Below, piece after piece: positions 1 to 10,007 of a DNA stretch of 33,284 bases. Numbering within the stretch: the stretch's first letter is position 1; every line of letters begins with the position of its first letter. Made by a program: the position numbers and the translations under genes. Origin of the DNA: Promethearchaeota archaeon (GTDB taxonomy: Archaea > Asgardarchaeota > Lokiarchaeia > Sigyniarchaeales > SOKP01); the NCBI GenBank assembly GCA_048938895.1, contig JBHLLU010000044.1, positions 1 through 33,284 of the forward strand. Reading direction: 5' to 3'. The notes below the pieces were generated by a model. That model saw nothing but the letters and a program-made list of their open reading frames with translations. It made no database searches and was not told the origin of the DNA.

Positions 1-389
1 ATTGAGACTGTTCCCGTCATTATTTGTTGTCCATTCTTCAATTCAGCCCACGCTTTGACTTGTACATCGTCCATGGCCACCGGTAGCATCTCCTCTGTTG
101 AATTGGGTGGCAATTCAATAATAGCTCTTACTTCTTCTTTATCAACCGTCGCAAACGTATAATACATACTTACTGATCCCTGTTCAAACCAACGGTCCCC
201 AAATATTTGCTGTGCTAAGGGTGCGAACATGCTTAAGTGAATCGTTCCTTGAATCGTACCACCACGCATACCGACACTTTTAGCTACATCATCGTCATGA
301 ATTGATGTCGTACTTGCTCTAGCAAGATTTTCTGGGGCTCGCCAACCCCCAAATAATTTTCCATCCTTAATTTTTATATCATCAAACAT
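1..389 (-). CDS. MaoC-like/hotdog-fold dehydratase-like protein, partial (runs off window start)
   Basis: Not in ORF track. ATG at 389 with GGAGA SD upstream. Translates MFDDIKIKDGKLFGGWRAPENLARASTTSIHDDDVAKSVGMRGGTIQGTIHLSMF..., and the IHDDxxAxxxGxxGGxIxG segment resembles the MaoC hydratase motif. Open to position 1. Confidence 0.65.
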   Translation of the reverse strand, partial: MFDDIKIKDGKLFGGWRAPENLARASTTSIHDDDVAKSVGMRGGTIQGTIHLSMFAPLAQQIFGDRWFEQGSVSMYYTFATVDKEEVRAIIELPPNSTEEMLPVAMDDVQVKAWAELKNGQQIMTGTVS

Positions 390-534
390 ATGAATTTTAA
401 TCTCCTTTTCTTTAAAAAAGTTGAAGTCTAAGTTTAAATTTTTAATTGAGCAGTTAAAAAATTAAAATAGCTAGTTCATTATTTTCATTGTTTCAATGAT
501 TTAATGATTTGAAATTAAAAGAAAAAATTATTAT

Positions 535-2976
535 TTATTTGCCTTTTATATGTATGGTTATACTCCCACCACTGATAGCTGATTCTTGTTTGTTATCGTA
601 TATTATATTTTCTGCACCGTTCACTTCTTCCCATATCTTTATTCTGAACTTATCAGTTCCATCATTAGTGATTGCTCCGTCAATTGCTGTAATTAAGAAC
701 TTATACGAGCCTTCACCATTAATGGTTCCACTACCCTTAAATATAGCTCTTGATCCTGCAATTACCAACCATTCATAATTATCTGAGTGGAAATTTAAAT
801 CTGCTGCGCGGAACTGGAATTCTGTATTTCCTGTTGGTTCATTAGAGCCTTTTTTATATTTAGCTACGAAACCAAAGTTTGCTTTACCGGTTAAATCAGG
901 ATCTGCTTGATAAGCATTGAGAGGTGAGTCTATCCAGCCACCACCAGTAACAAAATAACCCGAAGGGTTGTAAATGACAATGTATTGAGACCAAGTGAAT
1001 GTATCACTCTCCCCAGTGGAATCTTCAACAGTGAGAGTTACTGAGTATACACCAGGTTCATCGTAGTTATAGGAACCTGTAACTATATGTTCATCTTGAT
1101 CTACAATACCTTCTGTGGGTGTTTTGCCATCATCCCAATCCCATGTGGCAGAATGTGTGTCTCCAGTACTTGAATCAATGAAATTACCTGAAATTCCAAA
1201 ATCGGTGTTTATAGCAATAGGATACACTGGTCCATCAATGGATGTGATCAATGGCGTAAAAGCTCTAATAACAGCCGTCCAAACCATTATGAGGTTCACT
1301 CCATCTGTAGCCTCAATTATTATTACATTTTCACCCCATTCGAGGTTAACAGATTTACTGAAAGAAACCTCTATTGGGTCATTTGGATTTCCGGTTGAGA
1401 TAAGGGTTACAGTATCATCATTTACTGTTAGAGACTCTACATCAACATTGTCAGTAGCTATGCCTTCTACAACGACGCTATCGCTATAGATATGTTGAGA
1501 ATCTACAGGATAAGTCACGATAACTATGGGGGCACTAAGATCCATTCTATAAACAGTCCTCCATACCGTTATGGAGTTTAGTCCATCTGTAGCTTCAATT
1601 TTTATTTCATTTTCACCCCAGTCGAGGTCTACAAGGGTACTGAAAGTCATATTTAATGGGTCAGGTTCATCAGGAGTATCTGTCAAAGTTACTGTTACAT
1701 CGTTGATTTTTAAAGTTGGTTCACTAATATCGTCTTTTACTGTACCTTCCACATAGACGCTAGAGCTATCGATTTGTTGAGAAGGCATTGGTTGGGATAC
1801 ATGGATTGTGGGGGCACCAAAATCCCTTTGTTCAGTGTCACCCTTCCCCACATCGGCACTACCACCAGGTTCAGCCCAACTCTTAAAAACGATTCCCCCT
1901 GATAAGGTGTCTTGATCGTCTAATTCCGCTTCAATTTCGGTTATAATATCTTTATTCCCCTCCCAACTGACCGCCAAGAAGCCACTATGCAAGGTCCCCC
2001 CAACTGCTGTTAGTTGGAGAGTCCATTCCCCTTCATATTCAGGATTAGGATCATAGGGATTGAGACTTACCATGACCATCGCATGAGCTTCTCCAGGATC
2101 ATAATCTGGGTTTGGTGCCCAATCTGCATTTATGCCAATCGTATTAACAAATTCACTGACTTCATCCCCATTAGGTGCTATAAGGCTTACATCTGCAGAA
2201 GAACCACCCCGTCCCCACATCCACCAATCAGCATAAGGAAGTGGACCATATATCTCCGGAATTGAGGGATCTAAAAGGGGATATTCATCAACACTTTCAT
2301 GTGGTAGTTCAGTGTCACCTATGTCATCTCCAGCAATCGCATGTTTACCACTACCACTTCCATCATCTAGTCCAAAGTAATTACTCCAGAAATTTCCTAT
2401 TTCGTCAGTAGAATCATACCAATAATTCTGGGAAAAGGGATCTAAAAGAAGCATATCCCAAATCTGATTAACATTATTTATCAAAAGATTTCGGTAAATA
2501 TAGTTGTCACTACTGTTCACTAAAACACCCCAGTCATTAAGTTTGATGATATTATTTGTCACATAATTATTTGATGAAGAAATCATTATTCCTATAGTGT
2601 TATCTACTATAAAATTTCCCGTGATTGAATTATCGTGTCCACCATGAACTGAAATTCCATCGTGAAACCCATCAACTGTAAGATTTTTTATCGTAACATA
2701 GGTGCGTGAACCACACAGAACTCCGCTTCCACCATCGCCTGAAATGTTATACCCATTACCATCAAGCGTGATACCATCTGCTCCAATTATAAAACCATGT
2801 CCAGGATCAAAAATGATATCTCCTGTTAGTGTATAATCTGCATAAATTGTTATACTTGTTTGTTGTGCCCTTACATTAATCGGCATTATAATGAACATCG
2901 TAGCAATCGTTACCAAAACTATTACAAAAGTACTCTTTTTCATCAGTTTGATTTCAGTCTTCTTAATATTTAACAA
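535..2976 (-). CDS. Secreted multidomain protein: signal peptide, NosD-like right-handed beta-helix, two Ig-like repeats, PKD domain, conserved C-terminal beta domain
   Basis: ORF 535..3045. Likely start is TTG 2976 (GGAGGT SD ~10 nt upstream) or ATG 2943. KK-hydrophobic-VRA signal peptide; ITLDGNG and N-rich beta-helix repeats; GNFWSNY; PKD motif WDWDDG...YDEPGVYSVTLTV; C-terminal VTGGGWIDSP...GKANFGF domain. Confidence 0.8.
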   Translation of the reverse strand: MLNIKKTEIKLMKKSTFVIVLVTIATMFIIMPINVRAQQTSITIYADYTLTGDIIFDPGHGFIIGADGITLDGNGYNISGDGGSGVLCGSRTYVTIKNLTVDGFHDGISVHGGHDNSITGNFIVDNTIGIMISSSNNYVTNNIIKLNDWGVLVNSSDNYIYRNLLINNVNQIWDMLLLDPFSQNYWYDSTDEIGNFWSNYFGLDDGSGSGKHAIAGDDIGDTELPHESVDEYPLLDPSIPEIYGPLPYADWWMWGRGGSSADVSLIAPNGDEVSEFVNTIGINADWAPNPDYDPGEAHAMVMVSLNPYDPNPEYEGEWTLQLTAVGGTLHSGFLAVSWEGNKDIITEIEAELDDQDTLSGGIVFKSWAEPGGSADVGKGDTEQRDFGAPTIHVSQPMPSQQIDSSSVYVEGTVKDDISEPTLKINDVTVTLTDTPDEPDPLNMTFSTLVDLDWGENEIKIEATDGLNSITVWRTVYRMDLSAPIVIVTYPVDSQHIYSDSVVVEGIATDNVDVESLTVNDDTVTLISTGNPNDPIEVSFSKSVNLEWGENVIIIEATDGVNLIMVWTAVIRAFTPLITSIDGPVYPIAINTDFGISGNFIDSSTGDTHSATWDWDDGKTPTEGIVDQDEHIVTGSYNYDEPGVYSVTLTVEDSTGESDTFTWSQYIVIYNPSGYFVTGGGWIDSPLNAYQADPDLTGKANFGFVAKYKKGSNEPTGNTEFQFRAADLNFHSDNYEWLVIAGSRAIFKGSGTINGEGSYKFLITAIDGAITNDGTDKFRIKIWEEVNGAENIIYDNKQESAISGGSITIHIKGK
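1260..1820 (-). repeat. Tandem intragenic duplication of an Ig-like domain, period 282 nt (94 aa)
   Basis: AP...VEG...D...L.WGEN.I.IEATDG.N.I.VW..V.R occurs twice; TCACCCCA at 1331 and 1613 (282 nt apart). Boundaries approximate. Confidence 0.85.
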
Positions 2977-3283
2977 TTTTTTTTTACCTCCTAAAAGATA
3001 ATTCTTTAATAAAAGAACTAGTAATTCTATTGATTTTTTACACAAATTATAAAATTTTTTTTAAAAAAATCAATTATGTTGGATTGCTGATCAAATATGA
3101 TCACGGGAATTTATAAAGTTAACTTTTTTACACAAAAATGTAAAAACTAGTCTCTAATTCAAAATTCTTTATTTTTTATACTTTGTCTCAGTATTTCAAC
3201 TTTTAATCAATAATTAAAAAAAGAATTTAAAGAAATCCTACTTCATTTTATTTAACTTTAAAAAAATCTATAATTTTGATCCA

Positions 3284-5197
3284 ATGTCGGAGTTGATTAA
3301 TGGAAAAATTCAAGGTATAAACCAACTTTTTATCGAAGGTTTTTATTTTGAAGCTCTTGATTCTTTAGCAGATCTCGAACAAACTGAAGATCTGAACTTA
3401 GAAGACCAATTTAGTTGTCATTTAGTCAAGAGTAATGTGTATTTTGAACTTGGTGAATATACAGAAGCACTTAAATTTGCCGAAAATGCATGTAACAAAA
3501 GTGAAGAATTAGGAAATCAATCATATTTAATCGATAGTTTTATTTCTAAAGCATGGGCTTTATTGGAGTTAAAAAATCTTGATTTAGTTCAACAAATAAT
3601 TTCAAGAGGGGAGGATTTGCTTAAGGATCTTACCCTAGAGCCCCAATCAGAGATTGCCAGAAAACAGGCTCTTTTGAAATTAATCAATGGTTTGTTAGTT
3701 CTGTATAAGGAGTTTAATTTAGATAAAGCTATAGAATATGGAGAAACCAGTTTAGCATTATCAGAGGAACATAATAACAAAAGAGAAATCGCGCTAGCTT
3801 TACAACAAACCAGTATGTATTATGCTATAGCTGGTAATTTCGATCGGGCTTTAGATTATCTGGAACGGTGTTTGAGAGTTCAGAGAACTTTCCGCAAACG
3901 TGATGATTGGATGACGTTAAAAGACCTTGGAGGGTTAAATGGTGCAATAGGAGAGTTAAAACTTGCTTTGGATTATACTAAACAGAGTTGTGAGATTGCC
4001 GAAGAAATGGGTAATAATATTTATATTGCACAATGCCTTAACAATTCAGCATTGATATATCGACAAATGGGAGAGGTAGATCTAGCCAAAGATGCCCTAG
4101 AACAGAGTCTTTTGATCTGGGAAAAGGAGGAGAATAAATTAAGGTTGATAGGCGGTTTAGACTCTCTTTTTACTGTTTCTATAGATGCTAATTCCCTTAA
4201 ACAAGCTCAGCAGTATTTATTGCAAATGGAGCAAATTAATGAACAACTTCAAGATAAACGGTCTGATGTAGCCTGCCGTGTTAATAAAGCATTACTATTA
4301 AAAATGAGTGCAGATTCTCTCGATATATTAAAATCCAAAGAAATACTTCAGCAGGTTGTAAATGAGGAAATTATCGATTGGGAATTCATGGAACGTGCCC
4401 TTCTTCACCTATGCGATATCCTATTATTTGAATTGCAAATATACAATGATCAAGAGGTTTTGCCTGAAATTAACTTATTAATTAATAAATTATTGGATTT
4501 TGGTGAAGCTCAAAACCATTATCGTTTGTTAGCAGAAACTCACCTCTTGCAAGGCAAATTGGCATCAATCAAACTAAATATGGGAGATGCAAGACAGTTA
4601 TTTACCAAATCAGAGCGTATCGCTGAAGAGCATGGACTTCATCTCTTAGCAAGGACAATTTCTAATGAACATGATAAACTTTTAAAACAACTCGAATCCT
4701 TATCTAGAATTCCTTTATCCGAACGATTAGATATTCTTGAAATAGACAAAACTTTAGATCATATGATGGGTAAAAAAATGATGGAGCCTCCAGAATTGAG
4801 TGATGAGGATCCTATCCTTCTTATAATCATGGCTAAAGGCGGAAATGCATGTTTCAACTATAGTTTCAGGAAAAATTTTGATCACAGAGATCTTTTTAGC
4901 TCGTTTATATCGGCTTTTAATACATTTAGTTCTGAAGTTTTCTCAAAGACTATAGATCGTATTAAAATCGGGGATAACTTCATATTAATAAAACTGGTTG
5001 AACCTTTTATTACTTGCTATGTTAGTAAGGGACAGTCATATCCAGCATTAAAGAAACTAAATAAATTTTCAGAATCTATCAAGAATGAATCAGAAATCTG
5101 GGAAAAATTGAATAATGCTATAAAAGTCTCCCAAGAATTAAGTATAGATAATTTACCCTTACTTGGAACTATTATAGATCAAATATTTACTCACTAA
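3284..5197 (+). CDS. Tetratricopeptide-repeat protein with C-terminal longin-like domain
   Basis: Repeated TPR helices (LGEYTEALKFAENA, GNFDRALDYLERCL, GELKLALDYTKQS, GEVDLAKDALEQSL). C-terminal ~130 aa have a beta-beta-alpha-beta-beta-beta-alpha pattern (ILLIIMAKGG.ACFNYSF...FSSFISAFNTFSSEVF...IDRIKIGDNFILIK...FITCYV). Confidence 0.8.
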   Translation: MSELINGKIQGINQLFIEGFYFEALDSLADLEQTEDLNLEDQFSCHLVKSNVYFELGEYTEALKFAENACNKSEELGNQSYLIDSFISKAWALLELKNLDLVQQIISRGEDLLKDLTLEPQSEIARKQALLKLINGLLVLYKEFNLDKAIEYGETSLALSEEHNNKREIALALQQTSMYYAIAGNFDRALDYLERCLRVQRTFRKRDDWMTLKDLGGLNGAIGELKLALDYTKQSCEIAEEMGNNIYIAQCLNNSALIYRQMGEVDLAKDALEQSLLIWEKEENKLRLIGGLDSLFTVSIDANSLKQAQQYLLQMEQINEQLQDKRSDVACRVNKALLLKMSADSLDILKSKEILQQVVNEEIIDWEFMERALLHLCDILLFELQIYNDQEVLPEINLLINKLLDFGEAQNHYRLLAETHLLQGKLASIKLNMGDARQLFTKSERIAEEHGLHLLARTISNEHDKLLKQLESLSRIPLSERLDILEIDKTLDHMMGKKMMEPPELSDEDPILLIIMAKGGNACFNYSFRKNFDHRDLFSSFISAFNTFSSEVFSKTIDRIKIGDNFILIKLVEPFITCYVSKGQSYPALKKLNKFSESIKNESEIWEKLNNAIKVSQELSIDNLPLLGTIIDQIFTH

Positions 5198-5245
5198 AAG
5201 TTTCGGGACAAATTCTTATTAGAATTAATTCAGAAAGATTGGACT

Positions 5246-6250
5246 TCACAAGGTATCAATGAATTTTGTTACAATTTCTTTCAAAATAGGAGTTAAATCC
5301 TTAATCCAAGCTGAACCATCCAATTTTTGAGTGTTTAGGGTTATCTCAAAATCACAGAAGTTATCAGAAATAAGATTGTTCATTGAATGTAACTTTTGAC
5401 TTTCCTGTAATCCTGCAATTAGACTATCTGTTAAACTTTGTTCTAAATTACCTTTAAAATCTTCATATTTGTAGATTCGTCCAAATCTAAGAAAAGAAGA
5501 TAAAAAACTAGAAATTGAGTTTTCAAGTTCTCTTTCGACTATTTTCCGTTTATTAAAACAATAAGACTTGATTAATCTTTCTAACATGGTTCCATCGAAA
5601 TTTGTTCTAATAGATGAAGGTTTAATGCTAGATTTTTGTCGTCCATTTTTAATTTGAACTTTTGAGACATGAAATTCACTATAATCTTTCTTAATCATCG
5701 ATTTTATACCCTCTCGTAAGGTAAATATATTAGTATTACTTTTAGAAATCGTGTGAACCCTTGCCTCATGTTTACTTAACAAAGTATCCAAATTGATAGA
5801 ATCTACTTGATTAGGATTAAAAAATATCTCATATAAAGCACAAATTTCGATTTCACTTATGGCTTTTATGAAAAAGTTTCTAATGTACTCATCATAATCT
5901 AAAAAGATATGAAAGATTGTATCATCAATTGCACTATTAAGGTCCTCATATTTCGCTAAATTGATGAATTTCTTATAATCAAATCGAATTTTGTTAGCTC
6001 GAACCCATTCAAATGCAAATTCTAACAAAGATCTATCATTACACAATTTAAGTTTATAATAATTCAGTATATCTATTATTCGTTCGGGAGAAAGTCCTAT
6101 TGATTGATTTATTAGGAACTTGGCTAGAATCTCTTTATATTCAGAATTCTTAAACATACGATTTATTCTTTCATAATTCCTTAATAGTCTATCATCATCA
6201 AGTTTAAATACTTGTTTGAATTTGATTTTTTCCAAAAAATCTTCCCTCAA
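5246..6250 (-). CDS. Hypothetical protein, mostly helical
   Basis: 334 aa ORF, TTG start with AAGGA upstream, 17 nt downstream of 6268..7302; no motif recognised. Confidence 0.7.
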   Translation of the reverse strand: MREDFLEKIKFKQVFKLDDDRLLRNYERINRMFKNSEYKEILAKFLINQSIGLSPERIIDILNYYKLKLCNDRSLLEFAFEWVRANKIRFDYKKFINLAKYEDLNSAIDDTIFHIFLDYDEYIRNFFIKAISEIEICALYEIFFNPNQVDSINLDTLLSKHEARVHTISKSNTNIFTLREGIKSMIKKDYSEFHVSKVQIKNGRQKSSIKPSSIRTNFDGTMLERLIKSYCFNKRKIVERELENSISSFLSSFLRFGRIYKYEDFKGNLEQSLTDSLIAGLQESQKLHSMNNLISDNFCDFEITLNTQKLDGSAWIKDLTPILKEIVTKFIDTL

Positions 6251-6267
6251 ATTTTCCTTTATTATTT

Positions 6268-7302
6268 TTAATTATCCAATAAATCTTTAATCTTGCCAAG
6301 GCTTTCACTGGTATTAGTATTCCACTTCTCGAATGGATTAATTCTTGAATTTATCTCAATTATTGTCTCTTCAAAATTCTTATGCTCATCTAAAATTAAC
6401 CTTAATTTCTTTTTAAAAAATGAAATTTCATAACACTCTTCTAATTCTTCGCGGCTAGGAACTAATATTAATCCATAGCTCCTTCGATTTTGGTTCTCAA
6501 CAATAAATTCTTCTATATATAGAACCTCAAGATCAGAACTACTTAATTTTATCGTTCTAATATTAGGATAGATATCTTTTTTTTCGAATAACTGCAAAGT
6601 TTCAAGTATACGTATTTCGAAGTAATCTGGTAATATAGCCATCAAATAATAGGAAGGTATATCGTGTAATAGACTAGTTCTCAATGGATCGTCAGGATCA
6701 AATGTATATAAGTTGGATTCAACATCATCTCCATATTTTCTTCTCGCTATTAATCCCACTGAAAAATATTTACTTTTTTTTTTTTCCCAATACATCTTTC
6801 TTGGTGCTCCTAATGAATGTTTGAGTAGATTTACCCCTCTTCGGAGCTCTCCACTTATGAAAGTATTATAATTAAATTCGACCCCATGAATCTTTTGGTT
6901 GACATATTTTCCTTGAATGATACTTTGATGAATGTACTTATTCATTTTTTCATATAGTATTTTAGGGTCTTCTGTATATGGAGATCCTATAAAAGCAAAG
7001 AGATAAGTCATAGAACTTTCTACTTCAACTGAAGAAATAATACACAGAAACGATTGCATAAAACTTTTCTGGATCATACATCCTTCGTTTGAAGATAATG
7101 TCGATTCAATAAAATTAATATTCCATTTTTTTTCAGCATCGTAAGCTAAGGTCATAAATAAAGGTCCAAGAAAACGCATAGGTAATACCTTTATTTGTTG
7201 TTTTTTTTCCTTTAATATTTTTCTTGATACTTCAATATGTTCAAATATGATATTATTTTCGGATGAAAAGAATAATCCTAGCAGTAATTCTAAACTTTCC
7301 AT
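6268..7302 (-). CDS. Hypothetical protein, possibly tandem longin-like domains
   Basis: 344 aa ORF with ATG start; two halves each show a hairpin-helix-three strands-helix pattern. Fold assignment is inference. Confidence 0.65.
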   Translation of the reverse strand: MESLELLLGLFFSSENNIIFEHIEVSRKILKEKKQQIKVLPMRFLGPLFMTLAYDAEKKWNINFIESTLSSNEGCMIQKSFMQSFLCIISSVEVESSMTYLFAFIGSPYTEDPKILYEKMNKYIHQSIIQGKYVNQKIHGVEFNYNTFISGELRRGVNLLKHSLGAPRKMYWEKKKSKYFSVGLIARRKYGDDVESNLYTFDPDDPLRTSLLHDIPSYYLMAILPDYFEIRILETLQLFEKKDIYPNIRTIKLSSSDLEVLYIEEFIVENQNRRSYGLILVPSREELEECYEISFFKKKLRLILDEHKNFEETIIEINSRINPFEKWNTNTSESLGKIKDLLDN

Positions 7303-7405
7303 TTTTAATGTCGTATTCTTATATCAAAATGATCTTCAAACACTCTGATAAATCTTTTCAGTTTAAAAAATTCTGAAAAAGTAGTAAAAAAGAAAATATA
7401 TAAAA

Positions 7406-9817
7406 TTACATAGTTATTAATTCCTGAGGTAAAGGCCAGATTTCTTCCCCATTTTGAAAACTTGCTGTAAATATTTTTTCTGGATCATCTGTTACCTCTA
7501 CGTTTGGGATTGCTTTACCAGCTAATAGATTAAATCCCTCAGGAACATATACCACAAAATCCAGAGGTTTAATCTTTTCACTTCTTACATCTGAAATATA
7601 TTTATTAATGGCCTGTTCATCAGGATGAGAACGTAACTCTCCTGCGTATTGACCTCCATTTTGAGTCAGATCAGCATAAAATAGCGCATTACCAAAAAGG
7701 CTCGGATACGTGATTAGGAATGGAAAGCTTTGTCCATATAATAGAACATTTTTTTGAAAAAATTGAGCAAACTTAAGGCTTGGCCAATTACCTTTACCAC
7801 ATTTGATATTAGGAATGAAAAAATCCTTCATTTGTATGTTTAGTTGTGAGATGGTAAAAGCTGCATTGACAGCAGTCATGAGGAAAAATTCTTTCATTAC
7901 ATCATGTTTGCCCAAATTATATTCCTTATCACTATTTTTGAACATAGTAGCAATCATTTCATAATATCCTTTCAGATATCCCAATTCTTCTCTGCCCATT
8001 GCTGATACGTAGTTTGCTGCAGCATAGATATATACACTAATTGTCCCGGTTTTACCAAATTCCTCATAAGAGACTATACCATCTCCATTCTCATCATAAT
8101 TCTGTAAAAATTCTTCTTTAAGGTTCGTTCCTTCTAACTCATCCACAGCTGCTAAATAGCTGAATGCAGTGCGTTGTAAATCCCAGAGTACCTTATAAGT
8201 GTCATAAAATAGAGTTTCTGTAATTACATCCGAGAACGTATCATTTTTCACGGTACCCAAGTGCCCTTCTAAAGAGATAATTGGGGATTCAGTTATTGCA
8301 TCATACCCATAGACATAGTAGTTCATTTGGCCTAAACCTCTCTTCTCCGCACGTTTAAGGCAACTATCCCGAGCCAATGGACAATCATATCCAGATTCAG
8401 TTATAATGTTTTTTCCATCCCATTTCGCTAGAGGTACTTTTTGTGGGAAACCTCCCGCAGAACCTCCTTCCAGCTTAACTTCAATAGCCTCTTTCATCGG
8501 GACATTAGAAAACATATAACGAGCAGACAGTAGATCAGTAGCAACACAATCCAGACCGGCAAATACCATACCTTCTCTTGCTTTTACACCCCTTCCTTGA
8601 TGATCCATATTAATTGCTTCAATTCCGTCAACCACATGGACCATAAAAATATCATTTTTTAAGGTTGCGTTAATAATATCAATCATTGTAGCTTCAATGC
8701 CTCCAGTCTTATTCACGATATAATTACCATCAGCATCTTGTTTGGGTAGGACAGTTTCATGGTCTATATCAGGAACCCATACTTGATGAGGAATTCCAGC
8801 TTTCATTCCAACTATTGTAGTTTCCCAAGGCGCGGAGTAATCCCATTTATAATCACCCTTACTCGCATATTGCATAGGATAAAGACCGATTCCCAGATTT
8901 TTTATAACATTGGTAAACAATGTAATTGCGTGAACTTTAAATTTGGGAACATTAATCAAGATACAGCCAGGATAGGCTTTCATATCTTCGGGATCATCAG
9001 AATTTCCTCCTACTATTACCTTATGGAGGGTAATAGATTTGTAATTAACCCCATCTGGTATATTACATTCCCGACCTTTAGTGGGATCATCAAAGATTCG
9101 GTTTAGATCATAAACCATCAATTTATCAGAAACATTTCCAGGAGAAATATAGGTGCCGTTAACACTTTCCTCGAAACCTTTAAACGGATCTTCATTGTCT
9201 CCTTCTTGCAAGGATTCGGCTAGATATTTCCGAACAAAAAAAAACCCCCAACCTCCATAAAAATCTCCAGATTTTCCTTCAATTGCAGCTTCAGGTGTAA
9301 TCAATTTCTTACTCTGGTTTGAATACATACTTGCCGCAGCAGCGAGAGCGGTGGCAGCTTCTCCTATCATCATATGGTAATAACTTATTCCCATTTTCTC
9401 ATGAAACCATCTCATTAATGCTGCAATAAATGACCATTCCGTACAGGCAAAACTACCCATGCTAGGTTCATGACTTTGGGGATCAATATTCAGGGGAGCA
9501 ACCAGGTTTGGCTTGAATAAAAGTTTCTGACCTTTTTCCAATCTCTTCGTGATCTGGACACTAAAAGCCGTTTCTTGCTCCAAGAAAGACAAAGCGTAAT
9601 CGATGTTCTGATAGGTATAGTCAATTTTTTCTTTGATTCGATTCCAACTTTCCACATCATTATCATTAATAACTTTTTGTAATAATCCTCCAGTACCTGC
9701 ATATGATTTATCTACGTCCATTTTTATGACCCCAACGGGAGAACCTGAAGAATCACTTTCCCGATTTCCCAGAGGAGAATCAAATTTTAAGGTCTGTTGA
9801 TTTTTCATCTTTGTCAT
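7406..9817 (-). CDS. DUF362 domain-containing protein with C-terminal extension containing an EF-hand
   Basis: DUF362 motifs KPNLV, IGEA, INVPKFKVH, IKNLGIG, VDGI, DxVATD; EF-hand loop DENGDGIVSYEEF. Confidence 0.8.
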   Translation of the reverse strand: MTKMKNQQTLKFDSPLGNRESDSSGSPVGVIKMDVDKSYAGTGGLLQKVINDNDVESWNRIKEKIDYTYQNIDYALSFLEQETAFSVQITKRLEKGQKLLFKPNLVAPLNIDPQSHEPSMGSFACTEWSFIAALMRWFHEKMGISYYHMMIGEAATALAAAASMYSNQSKKLITPEAAIEGKSGDFYGGWGFFFVRKYLAESLQEGDNEDPFKGFEESVNGTYISPGNVSDKLMVYDLNRIFDDPTKGRECNIPDGVNYKSITLHKVIVGGNSDDPEDMKAYPGCILINVPKFKVHAITLFTNVIKNLGIGLYPMQYASKGDYKWDYSAPWETTIVGMKAGIPHQVWVPDIDHETVLPKQDADGNYIVNKTGGIEATMIDIINATLKNDIFMVHVVDGIEAINMDHQGRGVKAREGMVFAGLDCVATDLLSARYMFSNVPMKEAIEVKLEGGSAGGFPQKVPLAKWDGKNIITESGYDCPLARDSCLKRAEKRGLGQMNYYVYGYDAITESPIISLEGHLGTVKNDTFSDVITETLFYDTYKVLWDLQRTAFSYLAAVDELEGTNLKEEFLQNYDENGDGIVSYEEFGKTGTISVYIYAAANYVSAMGREELGYLKGYYEMIATMFKNSDKEYNLGKHDVMKEFFLMTAVNAAFTISQLNIQMKDFFIPNIKCGKGNWPSLKFAQFFQKNVLLYGQSFPFLITYPSLFGNALFYADLTQNGGQYAGELRSHPDEQAINKYISDVRSEKIKPLDFVVYVPEGFNLLAGKAIPNVEVTDDPEKIFTASFQNGEEIWPLPQELITM

Positions 9818-10007
9818 CTATTTTTAAAAATAATTTCGCTATAACATCAAAGTTATTTTGATATTTTTTAAATATTTTTCAAAATCTTAATAAATTTTTT
9901 CAGAAATGTTTGTCACAAAACTTATTTTAGTGAATAACTACAATATTAATGGTAATTAGAGATGGTTAGGTTAATTAATTCAAAACAATAAAAGAAAGGA
10001 TCAAATC

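Noticed and set aside
509-2265. Plus-strand ORFs 509..778, 1115..1489, 1571..1756, 2014..2265
   Set aside because: Antisense shadows of the secreted protein gene; no motifs.
3088-3103. TGATCA-N4-TGATCA palindrome in the divergent promoter
   Set aside because: Single short occurrence with no linked regulator; could be chance.
6775-6785. A11 run (minus strand) inside the 344 aa gene as a phase-variation site
   Set aside because: It is in frame (EKKKS), and long A/T runs are common throughout this AT-rich window.
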